NCBI GenBank assembly: GCA_013265495.1
Contig: MU061538.1
Location: 1,428,001 to 1,492,000, forward strand
Direction: 5' to 3'
Length of the DNA stretch: 64,000 nucleotides
DNA from: Vicugna vicugna
Taxonomy: Eukaryota
This document shows, piece by piece, positions 60,416-64,000 of this stretch (position 1 is the stretch's first letter; the number at the start of each line of letters is the position of its first letter). The translations under genes were made by a program, and so were the position numbers. Under the pieces are notes generated by a model, which worked only from the letters and a program-made list of their open reading frames with translations, did not search any database and was not told the DNA's origin.

Positions 60416-60519
60416 GGACCTCACGGGGTGCAGGTGGGTGGTCCCGCAGGCTCGGGGTGGGCAGCAGGGGTTCCTTGGGACGGGACTGTCTGTCTCCCTC
60501 ACATCACTGAGTCAGCGCC

Positions 60520-60920
60520 CCTGAGGGACTCCTGGTTTCTCTGCACCTCTCTCCTCCAAGTCTCTGGATGGTGGCTCTATTTAAATGCCACTGTGCTCGT
60601 CATTAGTGACACGCTTGCTCCTGAATTCCAAACCTGGCCTTTCTTTCTACTGGACACATCGCACGCACGTCCCACTGGATCTCAAATATCCCGAACCACT
60701 GTCTTCCTCCCGCGTCCTTCGGGACCGCCTGGGTCTCTACCCCGGCTCACGACATCATGCTGTTCACCCCAGGAGAGTTCTCCCTCTCCTCTACGTCCCG
60801 CAGGAGCCTGTGGGTTCGACCTGGAGACTCCTCTGGGGTCCATTTCTCCATCCCTGTGTCCACTGCTCACTCTGGGTGCCGGGCATTTCAGCAGCGTTCC
60901 AGTGCGCCTCTCTCTACAGA
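60520..60920 (+). mobile_element. L2 fragment
   Basis: ctcctgaattccaaacc...ctactggacacatc...gtcccactggatctcaaa...tttctccatccctgtgtccactgc. Confidence 0.5.
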
Positions 60921-62124
60921 AGGCCCCCGTTGATTTGCCCATCACTCAGATAAGAGAGGTATCCCTTAAGGATATAAGCTGACTGTGCCCCTGAGGATGG
61001 AAAGTCTCTGAAGGGCTCTGTCTGACTTCACAACCCCGACTCTGGCGAGGGGAGCCTGTGGACCGGCCTCGGCCGGCCTCGCTCGCTGGGCTCGAGGGCC
61101 TGGCTCTGGCGTCACTGTGCTGGCCGTTCTCCGGGACCTGGTCTCCTCGGTGCCCTTAGAAGGTGACTCCTTCCCCACACGCCCCCTTCCTTCAACACGA
61201 CGCGATTTGCCCTTTTCTGAGATCTCATCAGGGCTCATAGCCCCAACGTCTGTTTGCTTGTTTTCCTGATTTGTTTTTCTGTCTTGAAATCCTATGCACG
61301 AGACCGGTATTTGCCAGTCTCCTGGAGAAACACAGGCCCAGGGGCAGCCCCCCCGCCCTGCCCCAGCCGACCATGGTCGACCAGCCGCGACCCGGCCCTG
61401 GCTCGTCTGCGCTTGCTGAGTGGCGATGACAGCCACGGGGCTAGTTTTCTGTGTGTGACACGGTCTTGGACACTTTGCTTTTTGAGTTCTTGAACCTACT
61501 TTGTAGAGCTTTTTTCTTTGTTCCTGCTGGTGATCTGTTGGTAGATAATCTATTTTATGCTTACCTCTAGCCCTGCTTTCTTCTTTCCTGATTCGTTGTG
61601 ATTCTGTTGTCACACAGGAAACAGGACAACAAAGCTTGTTTTATTTCTCAGTAAAATGAAATTATGGAGGGTCTGAATGAAGCCCGTGAAAGCATCCCTT
61701 ACAGTCAAGTGTGAACGTGGTGTGGAAAATTTGCTTGCCCAGACACTGTCTTCTCTGACCTCAGCGCTCCCAGCAACCTTATAGATAGTTGAGGTTTCTG
61801 GATGATGGTCTAGATAAATGGGGGATTAGTATAGAGAATGTGTCTTTAAAACTTTCAAGTTGGTGCCCTGCCATGTTAAGCTTACAAGGGAGTCCTGGCA
61901 GCCTTCAGGACGTGGGGAACGTGAAAGGGTAAATAAAAAGCAGAAATAGGAGTTTAATATTCTAAATTAACCTTAAAGTTGGTCAATCCATGGAAATGAC
62001 TATTAATGAAAATAACAGAAGGACTGCCTATGAATATTTGTAATTAAATTTATGGCGACATTGGGAAGTCTAGTTATTGAACTAATGACACATGCAATTT
62101 CGTTAACGTATTGTTTTCAGCGGT

Positions 62125-62432
62125 GTGGTTCCCAGATGACTTCTCCCACCCCCTCTAGAAGATTCTGTATTCCTGTGACATGTGCAGGTAGGGTGACCCG
62201 CCCATCCCACTGGGCCAATGGCGTGTGGGTTTGACCATCTTGCTGTTGCCCCAGGTCACGAGAACCACATGTCCCTGGAGGGGCTCCCCCTCAGGTTGGA
62301 TCCCGGAATGAAAAGGCGAATAAAAAAGCCACAGCAGCCAACACATAACCTAAGTAAGAAACAAATGTTCATTGCAACAAGCCACTGAGATCTGGGGATT
62401 GCTTGTTACTGCGGCAAGGCTGATGAATACAA
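62125..62432 (+). mobile_element. MLT1 (H/I/J-like) LTR
   Basis: aagaaacaaatgttcattgcaacaagccactgagatctggggattgcttgttactgcggcaaggctgatgaataca is a typical MLT1 3' end. Confidence 0.8.
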
Positions 62433-62844
62433 GCACCAAGGAATATTTATTTAGCAACCTATTTTATGAGCTGTGGTCTAGCTGAATCTCTAAGCATCTG
62501 GACGACTTCTGGTACATGAGTATTAGAGGAAGAGTTGGAGCTGTCAATTTATTTTGAGTTTCCCAAATGAATCAATTTTCATTATATGATACTTCTCAAA
62601 AGTACCATAAGGCCCGAATTAAGCAGCACCCTGGGGACAGTCTAATCTTATGACTGCTGTGTTCTTTCCATAGAAACTCAACAGATTGTCCCTTCGCCTC
62701 TCTTAAGAGTCTTCAAAGACACAGCGCCTCACACAGCCATGCAGTCATTTCATCCAGGGACAGCCTCAATCTGCAGGAAGTTCTGTGTTGAGAGGAGCAG
62801 TTTTTCTCAGTCCAAAGAGTGTGGACGTGGGTGCAGACAGGCCC

Positions 62845-63372
62845 AGTGTGTCATCTCCTGCCGTGGTGTAATAGATCACCACAGCCCTTGGTGCTGAAAA
62901 CAGCACACATCCTTTATCTCCCCATTTCTGTGGGTCTGGAGTCTGGGCACAGCTCAGCGGCACTCGAGAGTTTGCACCAGGGCAGGGGTCCCCTCTGAGG
63001 CCAGGGGTCCTGCCCAAGCTCATGTGATTGGTGGCAGAATTCACTTTCTCAGGGCTGTGGCAATCATGGCAGCTTGCTTCCTAAGACCAGTAGGAGGATC
63101 CCTGACATTCTCACGTCTCATCATCAGGGAAGGTGGGACTCACTGGCTTAGGTCAGGCCCACCCGGGACAGGTTCCCTCGGGATGGACTCAAAGCCACTG
63201 GATCAGGACTGAATGGTATCTGCCGTGTCCCGCCTCCTTTGCCACAGGGCAGACCTGCTCGTGGGAGTGACACCCTGGATACTCCCAGGCGTCCCTTTGG
63301 AGGACGAGAGCAGGTCACGTGGGATGTGTGCACTGAGGCAGGAGTGGTGGGCCGTCTTAGAATTCTCCCAGT
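62845..63372 (-). mobile_element. MLT1 (E-like) LTR
   Basis: tgtaatagatcaccaca...aaaacagcacacat..tttatctc...tttctgtgggtctggagtctgggcacagctcagc...ttggtggcagaattcactttctc...ttaggtcaggcccaccc...gggccgtcttagaattct. Confidence 0.85.
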
Positions 63373-64000
63373 GCCGCCCTGGGCTCAGGACCGGCCGCTG
63401 GACGCGCCGGGGCCGCAAGCCAGTGTGGGTTTACTCACCTGCTTCTCCGCACCTTCATTGCTAAAGCAGAGGTGGTGGTGACAGGACCTTGTATTACTGC
63501 GTTGCATCAGTGCCTTCTCTGTAGCCCCCAGGAGCTGCCCTTCTCCAAGTCAGACATTCACATCCCCGAAGTCACCTCCTGTTCTCCGGAAGGTGTGTCT
63601 CGGGGCCACACACCCCGGACCCGTCGGGCGTTCTTTGTGGCCTGTTTGGTGTTCTCTCAACTGAACACGAGGTGTGGGCTGTGACGCACTCACACAGCGT
63701 GGGTTCTCAGTGGTGGGGGTCAAGGTGTAGGAGCCATCATGCCAGGCTTTTGCAGGGGGTGGGGGATTAGGCTGTGGTCCCTAAACCTCCAGGTGTGTGT
63801 GTCGCATGGACTGCTGAGTGATATCCCGGTGTCAGTCAGACAACCAGTAGACCCCTCCGGCTGTGATGTCCCGGCTGACGAGCACGTGTTCCTGGCACAC
63901 ACGGTGCTGCGCCACCACCCACTGTACAGAGGAGCCCTTCAGAACTCAGCTGCAGGGCGGGGAGGGGGGGCTGTGCACCGCAGGCTGAGGGGAGGGAGGG

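Noticed and set aside
1..64000. Prokaryotic operon, defence system or other novel multi-gene system
   Set aside because: The sequence is mammalian, repeat-rich and non-coding as far as I can see; there are no gene-dense ORFs, RBS/terminator organisation or recognisable non-TE proteins.

Overview
This is mammalian genomic DNA, not prokaryotic. It is most likely camelid (Camelus/Vicugna/Lama): it carries four copies of a tRNA-Ala-derived SINE of the vic-1 type and many L1 3' ends of the '...ttgaagtatagtcagtttacaatg...' type, and I saw no Alu, B1/B2 or Bov-A/BovB. The window is GC-rich, subtelomeric-looking intergenic or deep-intronic sequence. I could not recognise any host protein-coding gene. 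The only recognisable protein sequences in the ORF track are decayed LINE-1 ORF2 fragments. Much of the window is a layered transposon fossil record: lineage-specific L1 and SINE copies with readable target-site duplications (TSDs), old L1M, L2, L3/CR1, MIR, MLT1 and hAT-Charlie/MER20. Several TE-free, TAAT-rich blocks look like conserved enhancers, and there is one CpG-island-like promoter candidate at ~50.5-51.1 kb. The most notable observations are: (i) sharply local patches where normally AT-rich repeats have been converted to GC/CpG-rich sequence (candidate fossil GC-biased gene conversion hotspots); (ii) a triple-nested L1; (iii) a Charlie transposon inside an L1 endonuclease domain; (iv) a 37-bp polyadenylated micro-insertion with its own TSD; (v) speculative spliced exons. 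I found no credible novel biological system. Repeat family names come from recalled consensus sequences and need RepeatMasker/Dfam confirmation.
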